A stretch of 59,713 nt of DNA from NCBI GenBank assembly GCA_963610045.1, contig CAVDMS010000001.1, positions 1 through 59,713 on the forward strand, written 5' to 3'. The notes under the pieces were generated by a model. The model saw only the letters and a list, made by a program, of their open reading frames with translations. It was not told the DNA's origin and did not search any database. Each line of letters opens with the position of its first letter. Position 1 is the first letter of the stretch. Position numbers and translations under genes: made by a program. Origin of the DNA: Bacteroidaceae bacterium (GTDB lineage: Bacteria; Bacillota; Clostridia; Oscillospirales; Oscillospiraceae). This document shows, piece after piece, positions 43,797 through 53,055 of this stretch.

Positions 43797-44473
43797 CAGA
43801 TCATTGCCCCTTCCTTTACGACTATGTGGTCGACGAAAATTCCGGGAAGCTGCACGCTGTCGGGTTCGATGTCTCCGACCTCGACCAGCTTTTCGACTTC
43901 GAGGATCACGGTGTCGGCAGCCATTGCCATTACCGTGTTGAAATTCTGGGCGGTCAGCTTGAACACGGCGTTGCCGTAGGGGTCCGCCTTATACGCCTTG
44001 ACAAAGGCGACATTGCCTCTCAGAGGCTTTTCGAGTATATATTTTTTACCGTCAATGACCTTGGTCTCCTTACCGATCTCGACCTCGGTGCCGACGCCGG
44101 TGGGAGTGTAGAAGCCGCCAAGCCCCATTCCGCCTGCACGGATACGCTCTGCGAGCGTTCCCTGCGGAATGAATTCCAGCTCCAGTCTGCCCTCGTTGAT
44201 CGCATTTTCAAAGGGCTTGTGGCTGCCGATAAAGCTTATGGCGACCTTTTTGAGCTGATTGTTGCGCAGCAGGACCTCAGGACCCTGTACAAAGGGAAGA
44301 TCGCCGTAGTGCAGGTCTTCGCTCACAAGGGTCAGATCATTGATCTCGGGATGTTTTGCAAGTTCATAGAGCAGGTGCATGGGAGCACCCACATTGCCGA
44401 AGCCGCCGAGAAGGATCGTGTCGCCCTTCTTGACGAGACTTACGGCTGCAGATATGTCGGTTACTTTATTCAT
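43796..44473 (-). CDS. 3-oxoacid CoA-transferase subunit A
   Basis: MNKVTDISAAVSLVKKGDTILLGGFGNVGAP. Start at the ATG 44473. Confidence 0.9.
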   Translation of the reverse strand: MNKVTDISAAVSLVKKGDTILLGGFGNVGAPMHLLYELAKHPEINDLTLVSEDLHYGDLPFVQGPEVLLRNNQLKKVAISFIGSHKPFENAINEGRLELEFIPQGTLAERIRAGGMGLGGFYTPTGVGTEVEIGKETKVIDGKKYILEKPLRGNVAFVKAYKADPYGNAVFKLTAQNFNTVMAMAADTVILEVEKLVEVGDIEPDSVQLPGIFVDHIVVKEGAMI

Positions 44474-44554
44474 TGTCCTAAACCTTTCGTTAGTGGGTGG
44501 GTATGCGGCGCACATGGTAAACGCCGCATACCCGTAGGAATAAAGAGGTGATAA

Positions 44555-45817
44555 TTAGGCTGCGTTTAAGTTTTTCTTCTTTTTGTTCATCAGGTAGAGG
44601 ATGAAGCTCATGACAAATGCGATCACAAGCAGACCGAGCAGGCAAGCGAAGATGATCTTGTATGCTGCGACCGGCTCATTTGCGTCGAGGATCGCACCGA
44701 AGATGGGGTGAAGTGCAACGTCGGGGAGATTGAAGCCGATGAGGGAGGCTATGGAGATTGCCATGCCGTTGACGGAACGGTCAACACCGATCTCGTCAAG
44801 TGCGGAGAACTGAACGCCCTTCATTGCGACGTTTACCAGCGCCAGTGCGAACATGAGGACCATGATGGGGATGAGAGCGCTGGAGGATGCGGGCATGAGG
44901 ATGAATGCGACCATAAGTGCGATGGCGACCACGGCTGCGATGCTCAGGAACTTCAGACGGCCGATCTTGTCGCAGATGACGCCTGCAACGGGCGCACCGA
45001 CAAGGCGGGTGCCGTAGTTTTTAAGAGTTGCAAGAGCGCCGGAGAATACGACGCTGACGCCGAGGACGGTGGAGAAGTACGGGGTCAGGTAGCTCGAACC
45101 GCAGTAGAAGCCGTAAATGCCGAATACCATGAGTGCGAACATCCAGATCTTAGGCATCTTGAGGACGGAGAATATCTCCTTTGCGGTAGCCTTCTTTTTG
45201 GGTTCCTCCTTGGAGTCTGCGGAGACCGCATCAAGCTGCGCACGGTAAAGGAACGCAACGAGCAGGGTGGAGACGAGGGAGGAGGCGATGTAGAAGATGT
45301 AAACTGCCTTCAGTGCGGCAACGGAGCCGTCGGTGACAAGACCGTAGACCCAAAGTGCGCCGAAGTTGAACAGCATCGAGCCTATGCCGTTGAGACCCTC
45401 AAACAGACCGTAGTTTTTGCCCTGATCCTCTGCGCTGCCCGCCATGGAGACCGCCTTGAAAACGGGGGACCAGAAGCCGAGAACGCTGGAAATGCCCATC
45501 AGGAAGAAGCAGACGAGCGTAAGCGGATAGCTGCGTATGAACAGCAGCGCCATGAGGCTGAATACGGTGTGTGCAATGCCGGAGATGACGAGCATCTTCT
45601 TGGGGTCGTACTTGTCGGCGAGGTAGCCGGAGGGGACCGTGGAGATGATCGAAGCGATGATGTAGATACTGAGGGTAAAGCCGATCTGCGTGTTGGTAAA
45701 GCCGGTTGCAGCCACTACCGCATCATAGAATATGTACTTTATGTACGGCAGAAGGTACATGGACGAGTAGAGGAATGCGCAGGCCATTATGCCAAGGAAA
45801 TTCCTTGATTTTTTCAT
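44555..45817 (-). CDS. MFS transporter
   Basis: About 12 TM segments. 420 aa. GYLADKYDPKK loop motif. Confidence 0.85.
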   Translation of the reverse strand: MKKSRNFLGIMACAFLYSSMYLLPYIKYIFYDAVVAATGFTNTQIGFTLSIYIIASIISTVPSGYLADKYDPKKMLVISGIAHTVFSLMALLFIRSYPLTLVCFFLMGISSVLGFWSPVFKAVSMAGSAEDQGKNYGLFEGLNGIGSMLFNFGALWVYGLVTDGSVAALKAVYIFYIASSLVSTLLVAFLYRAQLDAVSADSKEEPKKKATAKEIFSVLKMPKIWMFALMVFGIYGFYCGSSYLTPYFSTVLGVSVVFSGALATLKNYGTRLVGAPVAGVICDKIGRLKFLSIAAVVAIALMVAFILMPASSSALIPIMVLMFALALVNVAMKGVQFSALDEIGVDRSVNGMAISIASLIGFNLPDVALHPIFGAILDANEPVAAYKIIFACLLGLLVIAFVMSFILYLMNKKKKNLNAA

Positions 45818-45864
45818 TATACTCTTATCCTTTCGTATTTCTCTGATATAGTGCCTTTTTACTT

Positions 45865-46881
45865 TCAGATTTTATTTACGCCGTTGCGGATGACCTTGAC
45901 GTCGGCGAAGCGTCCCTCGCAGTATGCTACCGCATTCTCGATGGAATACTTGCGCACGAGCAGGTCGGAGGTGTCGGACCAGTAGCCGACGTGCGGCATG
46001 ATTATGAGGTTCTCACGGGGAGGAGTGGAGATCAGGCAGCAGTTGTTGAGGTCGGGGTCCTCGGATTCGAGCATATCAATGCCCGCACCTCTGACGATGC
46101 CCTCGTCGAGCGCCCACTTGAGTGCTTCTTCCTCGACCATTTCGCCACGGCCTTCGTTGATGAATATGGGGTGCTTCTTCATCTTTGCGAAGGTCTCCTT
46201 GTTGAAGAAGTACTTGTTGTCGCCGGTGAGGTTCATGTGCACCGAGATAACGTCGCCTTCTGCAAGGGCGGTGTCGAGATCGACGAGGACCGCACCCTGC
46301 TCCTCTGCGATGTGGGGAGGAAGGTAGGGGTCATATGCGAGGACTCTCATGCCCAGACCCTTGCCTGCGATGCGTCCGACGTGCTGACCGATGCGGCCGA
46401 AGCCGATGATGGAGATGGTCTGACCCTCAACACGCTGCATACCGGGGTGAGCGGTCCAGTCCCAAATCCTCTTTTCCTGAATGTCTCTGTTGTAGTTGAT
46501 GGTGTTTCTCTGGAGAGCCATCATGGATGCAATTGCGTTTTCTGCGGTCTCCTGAGTGCAGTAGTCGAGGATCGAAATGACCGCAACACCCTTGGAGGCG
46601 GCGTATTCGAGGTCGGCTGCGTTGTATCCGGTGGACTGGAAGCTTATGCACTTGCAATGATCCATTGCGTCGATAAGCTCCTTGCCGAAGTACACATAGG
46701 AGTTGATGATAACGTCTGCGTCCTTGATGTCCGCAACGAACTTCTGATTCTTTTCGCAGGTGATGGGAGCGTTGGGGTCATATTCGGAGACGACGTATTC
46801 CGCACCTTCGGGCAGGAAGGTGTAGTCCACCTCGTGGCTCTGACTGACGGTTGCGGGAGTTTCGGCAAAAACAAACTTCAT
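45865..46881 (-). CDS. D-isomer-specific 2-hydroxyacid dehydrogenase family protein
   Basis: IIGFGRIGQHVGR NAD fold and a later PHVGYWS catalytic-His region. 338 aa. Confidence 0.85.
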   Translation of the reverse strand: MKFVFAETPATVSQSHEVDYTFLPEGAEYVVSEYDPNAPITCEKNQKFVADIKDADVIINSYVYFGKELIDAMDHCKCISFQSTGYNAADLEYAASKGVAVISILDYCTQETAENAIASMMALQRNTINYNRDIQEKRIWDWTAHPGMQRVEGQTISIIGFGRIGQHVGRIAGKGLGMRVLAYDPYLPPHIAEEQGAVLVDLDTALAEGDVISVHMNLTGDNKYFFNKETFAKMKKHPIFINEGRGEMVEEEALKWALDEGIVRGAGIDMLESEDPDLNNCCLISTPPRENLIIMPHVGYWSDTSDLLVRKYSIENAVAYCEGRFADVKVIRNGVNKI

Positions 46882-46916
46882 GGTGCTTTTTCCTTTCTGT
46901 ATTTTTTCGGTGTTAT

Positions 46917-48362
46917 CTATTCTGCTTTACAAAACAGGTCTGCCTGTGCAAGCTCCTCATCCGTGGGCTTCGAGAGAAGTCCCATCACGACGTAGACCAC
47001 TGCCGAGGAGATAAGTCCGGGCCAGACTGCGTCGATCGAGAAGATGCTGCCCCAACCGGCGTTGTTTCCGACAAGCCACAGTATGACGACTATCAGGGAG
47101 ATGAGCATACTGTAAAACGATGCCTTTGCGGTCGGCTTGCGCCAGAACATACCGAGAACGGTCGGGAAGAAGAGCGAGGACGACTGGAAGGTGAATGCGA
47201 TCATCAGCAGGGAGATCACGTTGTACTTCCACCATGCGAGGACCGCACCGATGATGCCGATGAGCAGCGACGTGAGCATGCCCATGTATTTGAGCGACTT
47301 CTCGGATGCCTTCGGATTTATGCAGTCTCTGTAGATGTCCATGGTGATGTTTGCGGAGCAGAGGTTTATGCAAACGACGCCGGTGGACATGATCGCCGCA
47401 AATACGCCGACGAGGACAATGCCGGATACGCCTGCGGGGAAGTACCTTGAGACGATCGCAGCGTATGCGCTGCTGCCGGCGGGAAGCTCAGGCATGAGGA
47501 CTCTTGCGGAAAGACCCATGATCGTTGCGCCGAGCGCAATGAACAGGATCGCCAGCGACGCCCACAGTGTGCCCCTTCTCGACGCCGACGGACTTTTTGC
47601 TGCAAAGCAGCGGGTGTAGCTGTCCATGCTCGTAAAGAACGAGAATATCGAGCTTACGGCAAGCGCAAGCGTTGTTCCCCAGCCGGCACGGCCGAGGTCA
47701 AACCATTCGGGCGGAAGCGTTTTGAGCTGATCGAAGCCGCCGATGGCGCTGCCGGAGAGCGGGATGCCGATTATGACGGTTCCGAGGATTATCAGCAAAA
47801 ACTGTATCCAAGTCGTGTAGGTGATGGCAAGGAGACCGCCGATGGCGGAGTAGAGGACCGTTACGACGGTGCTTACGATGAAGCAGGTCGAAACGTCCCA
47901 GCCCGTTATGGTCGTGAGCATACTGCCCATTGCAACAAGCTGACTTGCAAGGAAGGCAAGGTTTGCAAGGAAGCAGCATATGACGACTATCATACCGGAG
48001 CGCTTGTCGTAACGCTGGGAAATAAATGCGGGATAGGTGATGGTTTGAAGCCTTTTACCTACGGTGCTTGCTTTCTTTGAGAAAGTGAGACCGAACAGCA
48101 GGCAGCCGACGGAGAGGATAACGACATACCAACCTCCGCAGACGCCGAGATTAAAGGCGTCCGTGGACGTGCCGACGATAGACGAACCGCCTATCCAAGA
48201 GCTCATCCACATTGCAGCGAGGGAGAATGTGCCGAGAGATTTGCCCGCTACATAAAAGTCTTCGCTCGTTTTACTTTTTTTATAGCCTACGACACCAAGC
48301 ACGGCCATTATTGCAAAATAGACGATGATTATGATGCCGTCAACAAGTCTTAAATTGCCCAT
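46917..48362 (-). CDS. sodium:solute symporter (SSS) family transporter
   Basis: About 13 TM segments. 481 aa. N-terminal YYVAGKSLG-type motif (FYVAGKSLG). Confidence 0.85.
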   Translation of the reverse strand: MGNLRLVDGIIIIVYFAIMAVLGVVGYKKSKTSEDFYVAGKSLGTFSLAAMWMSSWIGGSSIVGTSTDAFNLGVCGGWYVVILSVGCLLFGLTFSKKASTVGKRLQTITYPAFISQRYDKRSGMIVVICCFLANLAFLASQLVAMGSMLTTITGWDVSTCFIVSTVVTVLYSAIGGLLAITYTTWIQFLLIILGTVIIGIPLSGSAIGGFDQLKTLPPEWFDLGRAGWGTTLALAVSSIFSFFTSMDSYTRCFAAKSPSASRRGTLWASLAILFIALGATIMGLSARVLMPELPAGSSAYAAIVSRYFPAGVSGIVLVGVFAAIMSTGVVCINLCSANITMDIYRDCINPKASEKSLKYMGMLTSLLIGIIGAVLAWWKYNVISLLMIAFTFQSSSLFFPTVLGMFWRKPTAKASFYSMLISLIVVILWLVGNNAGWGSIFSIDAVWPGLISSAVVYVVMGLLSKPTDEELAQADLFCKAE

Positions 48363-48443
48363 TTTATCACTCTCTTACTTTCCGTGGCGGAGAGACGGAG
48401 AGTCTCTCCGCTTTATGCTTTTTCGGGTGGGGGCGAGTGCGGA

Positions 48444-48989
48444 TCAGCCTATGCTTGCCTTTGCCGCTTCAACACCCCTGTCAAACGCAACTGCGTTCTT
48501 GGGGTTTACCTTGCCCTTCTTTGCGAAGAAGTAATCTATTGCGCCACGCATATAATCGACGTCGAAGTCGGGAGATGCGTATGCGAGAGCGCCGAGCATG
48601 ACGATGTTCGTGCCTTTGGGGTTGTGCAGCTCGTTTGCGATATCCGTTGCGGGAACCATGACGACCTTGATGTCGCTGCGGAACTCACGGTCGGGACGAA
48701 CGAGGGAGCTGTTGACGAGGATGATACCGCCGGGGCGAACCTGGCTTTCAAACTTGTCGATCGCAGCGTCGTTGAGCGTGTAGAGGATGTCGAGCTGGTG
48801 GCAGTAGGGGCTTGCGATCTCCTCGTCGCTGATCTTGATGTTGCAGTTTGCGGTGCCGCCTCGCATCTCGGAGCCGTAGGACGGATACCAGGTCACGTTC
48901 TTTCCGTCTTCCATTCCGGCGTCGGCAAGGATCATGCCTGCGGACAGAACGCCCTGACCGCCAAAACCGGAGCAAATAATTTCAGTCAT
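48444..48989 (-). CDS. 2-oxoacid:ferredoxin oxidoreductase, gamma subunit
   Basis: MTEIICSGFGGQGVL N-terminus. SD AAGGAGG lies inside the end of the beta gene. Confidence 0.9.
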   Translation of the reverse strand: MTEIICSGFGGQGVLSAGMILADAGMEDGKNVTWYPSYGSEMRGGTANCNIKISDEEIASPYCHQLDILYTLNDAAIDKFESQVRPGGIILVNSSLVRPDREFRSDIKVVMVPATDIANELHNPKGTNIVMLGALAYASPDFDVDYMRGAIDYFFAKKGKVNPKNAVAFDRGVEAAKASIG

Positions 48990-48990
48990 A

Positions 48991-49728
48991 TTACTTAGCC
49001 TCCTTGTCAACAAATTCGCCGAGCTTAAAGAACTGCTCCTGCTGCTCCTTCATGAACTTGAGAGCGTCCGCAGGCGCCTTGTTCCAGTTGGTCGGACAGG
49101 GGCTGAGGACCTCGACAAGGCAGAAGCCTTCGCCGTTCATCTGCTTTTTGAGAGCCTTCTTTATCATCTGGGTGGTCTTAACGACGTTTGCGGGGCTGTC
49201 AACTGCGCCTCTGGCGAGGTACGCTATGTCGAACTCCTTGAGAGCCTTGGTAACGTCGAAGGGGTTGCCGTTTTTGGCAACGTCTCTGCCGTAGGGAGAG
49301 GAGGTGGTCTTCATGCCGGGGAGGGTCGCAGGGGACATCTGACCGCCGGTCATGCCGAAAACGCTGTTGTTGACGACGAGAGCGAGGATGTTCTCGTTTC
49401 TCAGAGCGCAGTGGATGGTGCTTTCCATGCCTATCGAATAGGCGGAGCCGTCGCCGGGGTGGGCAACGACGATCGCATCGGGACGTGCACGCTTTACGCC
49501 GGATGCGGTGATTATCGGACGGCCGTGGGCAGCGCCGACGGTATTAAACTGCATGACCATCTGCGCAAATTCGCCGCAGGCGACGTCCTCTACCATTATG
49601 ATCTTATCTTCAATGCCGAGAGACTCGACCGCCTCTGCCAGCATTCTGCATACTATGCCGTGACCGCAGCCGGGACACCAACCGATGTGGGCTTCGGTGT
49701 TTATGCTCTTGGGTACAACACATTTCAT
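48991..49728 (-). CDS. 2-oxoacid:ferredoxin oxidoreductase, beta (TPP-binding) subunit
   Basis: WCPGCGHG and GDGSAYSIG motifs. 245 aa. Confidence 0.9.
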   Translation of the reverse strand: MKCVVPKSINTEAHIGWCPGCGHGIVCRMLAEAVESLGIEDKIIMVEDVACGEFAQMVMQFNTVGAAHGRPIITASGVKRARPDAIVVAHPGDGSAYSIGMESTIHCALRNENILALVVNNSVFGMTGGQMSPATLPGMKTTSSPYGRDVAKNGNPFDVTKALKEFDIAYLARGAVDSPANVVKTTQMIKKALKKQMNGEGFCLVEVLSPCPTNWNKAPADALKFMKEQQEQFFKLGEFVDKEAK

Positions 49729-49742
49729 AGGTTCGTCCCTCC

Positions 49743-50795
49743 TTATTTATTAAGCATTGCTTTGACCCTGTCAAGGATTATCTCCTCGGAGGGTACGTTT
49801 GCAAACTCGCCGTAAACCTCAACGGGATACTTGCCGCCGGTTGCGAGCTTAACGTCGTCCGCCATCTGACCGAGAATGTTCATCTCAACGGTCAGGAAGC
49901 CCTTGACCTGATCGCCGAGAGCGTCAAACGCCTTCTGTGGGAAGGGCCAAAGAGTGATGGGACGGATAAGTCCGAGCTTGATGCCCTGCGCACGGGCAAG
50001 CTTGACGGCGGACTTGGAAACACGGGAGCTGATGCCGTATGCCACGAGTACGATCTCCGCATCGTCGGTCTCAACGCATTCCCAACGCTGCTCGTTCTCG
50101 GTGATCTCGGCGTACTTGTTCTTGAGGTAGTCGGTGTACGCCTCGGCGCCGATGGTGTAGTAGGTGTTCCAAACGACCTTCTGCGGCTCGCCTGCCTGTC
50201 TGGGACCGACAGCCCAATCGTAGGTGTCGATGTCGTGCTCCTTCATTTCTGGAAGCTCGACGGGCTCGACCATCTGACCGATCGCAGCGTCGGAGCCGAT
50301 GAGGACCGGGTGACGGTACTTCTCGGCAAGATCAAAGGCGATGTACGCAAGGTTTGCGTTTTCCTGTACGGATGCCGGTGCGAGAACTATCGTGCGATAG
50401 TCGCCGTGACCGCCGCCGCGGGTGAGCTGCCAATAGTCGCCCTGACCCTGGAAAATGTCGCCGAGTCCGGAGCCGATACGCATAACGTCCGCAATGACTG
50501 CGGGAATGTCGTTGCCGCAAAGGTAGGAGATACCCTCCTGCTTGAGAGAGAATCCCGGACCGGAAGAAGTGGTGAGCGCTCTTGCGCCGGTGCAGGCTGC
50601 GCCGAAAAGCATATTGATGCCCGCAACCTCGGATTCGGTCTGAACAAACTGACCGCCGACCTCAGCCATTCTCCAGGACATATACTCAAGTATTTCCGTC
50701 TGAGGAGTGATGGGGTAACCGCTGAAGAAGCGGCAGCCGGCACGCAGGCAAGCTTCGGCAAATGCCTCGTTGCCTTTCATAAGAACTTTTGCCAT
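49743..50795 (-). CDS. 2-oxoacid:ferredoxin oxidoreductase, alpha subunit
   Basis: MAKVLMKGNEAFAEA...GYPITPQTEI. Start at the ATG 50795 after AGGAGGAG. Confidence 0.9.
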   Translation of the reverse strand: MAKVLMKGNEAFAEACLRAGCRFFSGYPITPQTEILEYMSWRMAEVGGQFVQTESEVAGINMLFGAACTGARALTTSSGPGFSLKQEGISYLCGNDIPAVIADVMRIGSGLGDIFQGQGDYWQLTRGGGHGDYRTIVLAPASVQENANLAYIAFDLAEKYRHPVLIGSDAAIGQMVEPVELPEMKEHDIDTYDWAVGPRQAGEPQKVVWNTYYTIGAEAYTDYLKNKYAEITENEQRWECVETDDAEIVLVAYGISSRVSKSAVKLARAQGIKLGLIRPITLWPFPQKAFDALGDQVKGFLTVEMNILGQMADDVKLATGGKYPVEVYGEFANVPSEEIILDRVKAMLNK

Positions 50796-50811
50796 AGGTG
50801 ATTTCTCCTCC

Positions 50812-51009
50812 TTACTCAATTTCGATAACGTAATCGGGGCACATCCTGTAGCATGAGCCACACTGGACGCACTTCTCTTCGTCTACCTTGACGATCTCAT
50901 AGCCCTGCTCACCGAGAACTCCGGCAGGAGATATGGCACCCTTCGGGCAGACGCTCATGCAAAGGAAGCAGCCTTTGCAGCGCTCGGTGCTGAATTTGAT
51001 TTTCGCCAT
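50812..51009 (-). CDS. 2x[4Fe-4S] ferredoxin-type delta subunit
   Basis: CKGCFLCMSVCP and CVQCGSCYRMCP motifs. About 65 aa. Confidence 0.85.
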   Translation of the reverse strand: MAKIKFSTERCKGCFLCMSVCPKGAISPAGVLGEQGYEIVKVDEEKCVQCGSCYRMCPDYVIEIE

Positions 51010-51093
51010 AACCTTCAATTCCTCCTATTTGAAGTATCGGGTATTCCGTAGGATATACCCGTAAGGGGGACAGCCCCCCTTCTCCCTACAATG

Positions 51094-51119
51094 CAGAACG
51101 GCGTTCTGTTAAGCAGAAC
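51094..51119. promoter_or_regulatory. operator module 1: CAGAAC-GGC-GTTCTG palindrome + 5 nt + CAGAAC half-site
   Basis: Lies in the leader between iclR and the oxidoreductase operon and mirrors module 2. Confidence 0.55.
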
Positions 51120-51177
51120 AAATTTTAGCGGCTCATTGTGCCGCTAAGTGAGATTTTGCGCCGTGTAAGCTCCTTTT

Positions 51178-51203
51178 GTTCTGAATTACAGAACGGCGTT
51201 CTG
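51178..51203. promoter_or_regulatory. operator module 2: GTTCTG half-site + 5 nt + CAGAAC-GGC-GTTCTG palindrome (extends to TTACAGAACGGCGTTCTGTAA)
   Basis: Inverted copy of module 1, 58 bp away. Confidence 0.55.
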
Positions 51204-51243
51204 TAATGCGCTTGTAAAAAACCAACCCTCAGTTGATACGTTA

Positions 51244-51272
51244 ATTTTAGCATATCAAAAGAGGGTTGGCAA
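51244..51272 (-). promoter_or_regulatory. candidate operon promoter (TTGCCA-17-TAAAAT with TG extension)
   Basis: -35 at 51272-51267 and -10 at 51249-51244. Embedded in the CCAACCCTC...GAGGGTTGG+T6 hairpin that ends the iclR gene. Confidence 0.45.
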
Positions 51273-51334
51273 TAGCTACGTTTGTATGAATATGACTTGT
51301 CGTTTTTGTGCAACATGTGCAAAAAATCGACGGC

Positions 51335-52099
51335 TTACAGGTTTGCGGCGATCTGCGCGGCGGCGGTTTTTAAAAGCTTTGCGTAAGGCTCGATCTTGTC
51401 CTTCGTGAGATGCGAGATGCTGCCGCTGAGCGAGATCCCGCCCACGACCTCCCGTGCGTTGCGCATGATGGCAACGCCGACACAGCGAAGTCCGATCGTG
51501 TTCTCCTGCTCGTCAATGGCGTAGCCTCTGGAGCGGACAAGCTCTAGCTCCTTACGGAGAAGCGTGGGGTCCGCTATTGAATACTCCGTTTCACGGCAGA
51601 GCGGGATGGAAAGGTAGTCGTTTATAAAGGATTCGGGCATATTAGCCAACATCGCCTTGCCGCTGCTGGTGAGATGCATCGGCTCGGAGGTGTTGACCAT
51701 CATCATTCCGATGTCTTCACCGGCGGTTGCGGGAGTGCAATAGGTGGCGTTGAGATAAAACACCTGATAGCCGAGGGGGATGGTCAGATAGACGGTCTCT
51801 CCGGTCTGCGCCACCAGTGCGTTTACTATGGGAGCCGCTATGTTCTGAAGATTGTTTGACGCCGCCGCCGCTCTGCCGAGCCTTGCCAGACTCGGACCGA
51901 GGCTGTACTTGCTGCTGTCCTCGTTCTTCGTCACATAGTTCATTGCAGACAGCGTGGACAGTATATCGAATACGTTGCTTTTGTACATTCCGAGCTTTTC
52001 GCTGATCTCGGTGATACTGAGCGGCTGCTTCTCGTTGAAGCATTCGAGAACACGCATCGCCTTATATAAACTCTTTATTTTGATTCTCTCGTCGGTCAT
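51335..52099 (-). CDS. IclR family transcriptional regulator
   Basis: N-terminal wHTH (SLYKAMRVLECF...LSITEISEKLGMYKSNVFDIL) plus an IclR effector domain. Start at the ATG 52099. Confidence 0.9.
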   Translation of the reverse strand: MTDERIKIKSLYKAMRVLECFNEKQPLSITEISEKLGMYKSNVFDILSTLSAMNYVTKNEDSSKYSLGPSLARLGRAAAASNNLQNIAAPIVNALVAQTGETVYLTIPLGYQVFYLNATYCTPATAGEDIGMMMVNTSEPMHLTSSGKAMLANMPESFINDYLSIPLCRETEYSIADPTLLRKELELVRSRGYAIDEQENTIGLRCVGVAIMRNAREVVGGISLSGSISHLTKDKIEPYAKLLKTAAAQIAANL

Positions 52100-52264
52100 A
52101 AAAAATCTGTCCTTATATATTGTTTTAATGTGAGGGTGGGTCTGCGCATAGCAGATACTACCACACATAACTTGAAATTACAATCATAAAAAATGCATTT
52201 TTGCGCATACCCCCGCAAAAATGCCGCAAAACACGGTGTTTTTCTACTCTCAGCTTAAACGGCA

Positions 52265-52309
52265 TAAAAACCCCGCCTTGCGGTTTAGGCGCCGCAAGGC
52301 GGGGTTTTG
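52265..52309. terminator. bidirectional terminator (13-bp GC stem)
   Basis: AAAAA-CCCCGCCTTGCGG-TTTAGGCG-CCGCAAGGCGGGG-TTTT. Confidence 0.8.
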
Positions 52310-52311
52310 TT

Positions 52312-53055
52312 TCAGTAAACCAGATTTATAAGTGCGTAACTGCTGTCGATAAGCGGCTCCGTGACGTAGCGTCCGTTCACGACGTACACGGTGAAGCTCT
52401 CCTCCTTCGCAAGCGGCTCCGTCCCGCTGCCGGAAAGCTCAAGGCTCACGCTTAACGTAAGCGCCTCCGTCACCTCGGCGTTTCGGCAGGTGTCCCTCAT
52501 GCTGCGGTACGCCTCTACAAGGCGCTTTGCGTCGGCAACGGAGCAGCCGTGGTCCAACGCAAACTCGGACCAACCGGCGTCATTCCATGCGTCCGCCGCC
52601 GTGCAGAGAACATCGACGCTGTCTGCGACCTTTTTAAGCTCCGCCGAGAAATCCTCGCAGGCACTCTGCGGCAGAGCGTCGCTGCTTATGCTCTTTATCG
52701 AAAAGCACCAGTCGTCGCCGTAGCGCTCGGCGTAGCTTTCCCTTGTGCTTTCGATGAGCACATTCTGCTCGTCGAGTGGCAGAAACGGCGTTCCGCCGCC
52801 GGAGAGGATGCCCAGCGCCGTCGTCAGATCGTCGCCGTAAAAGCTGTCGCAGCGCAGATCCCAGTAGCCGATGAAGCCGTCGTAGTCCATGTTGCACAGC
52901 GAGAGCATCCGCTCCTGCCATTTTTCAAACTCCGAAAGCTCCGGCGGGTTGCTCGCCTTCGGCTTCGTCTCCGGCTTTTTGCCGCCGGAGCAGGCGGCAA
53001 GCGAGCATATGAGCAGGACGCAGAGCAGGGCGGACACGATCCTTTTAAGCCTCAT
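52312..53055 (-). CDS. hypothetical lipoprotein
   Basis: LICSLAAC lipobox. 247 aa. ATGA overlap with the upstream carboxypeptidase gene. Confidence 0.75.
   Translation of the reverse strand: MRLKRIVSALLCVLLICSLAACSGGKKPETKPKASNPPELSEFEKWQERMLSLCNMDYDGFIGYWDLRCDSFYGDDLTTALGILSGGGTPFLPLDEQNVLIESTRESYAERYGDDWCFSIKSISSDALPQSACEDFSAELKKVADSVDVLCTAADAWNDAGWSEFALDHGCSVADAKRLVEAYRSMRDTCRNAEVTEALTLSVSLELSGSGTEPLAKEESFTVYVVNGRYVTEPLIDSSYALINLVY

Noticed and set aside
42243-43979. 578-aa plus-strand ORF spanning the SDR and both CoA-transferase genes
   Set aside because: It is antisense to three well-supported genes, crosses their boundaries, and has no recognisable motifs or SD.
48387-48411. 10-bp-stem hairpin between the oxidoreductase gamma subunit and the SSS transporter, considered as an internal terminator
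   Set aside because: On the coding (minus) strand no U-run follows it. It is more likely an mRNA-stabilising or processing stem inside the operon. This is noted only in passing.
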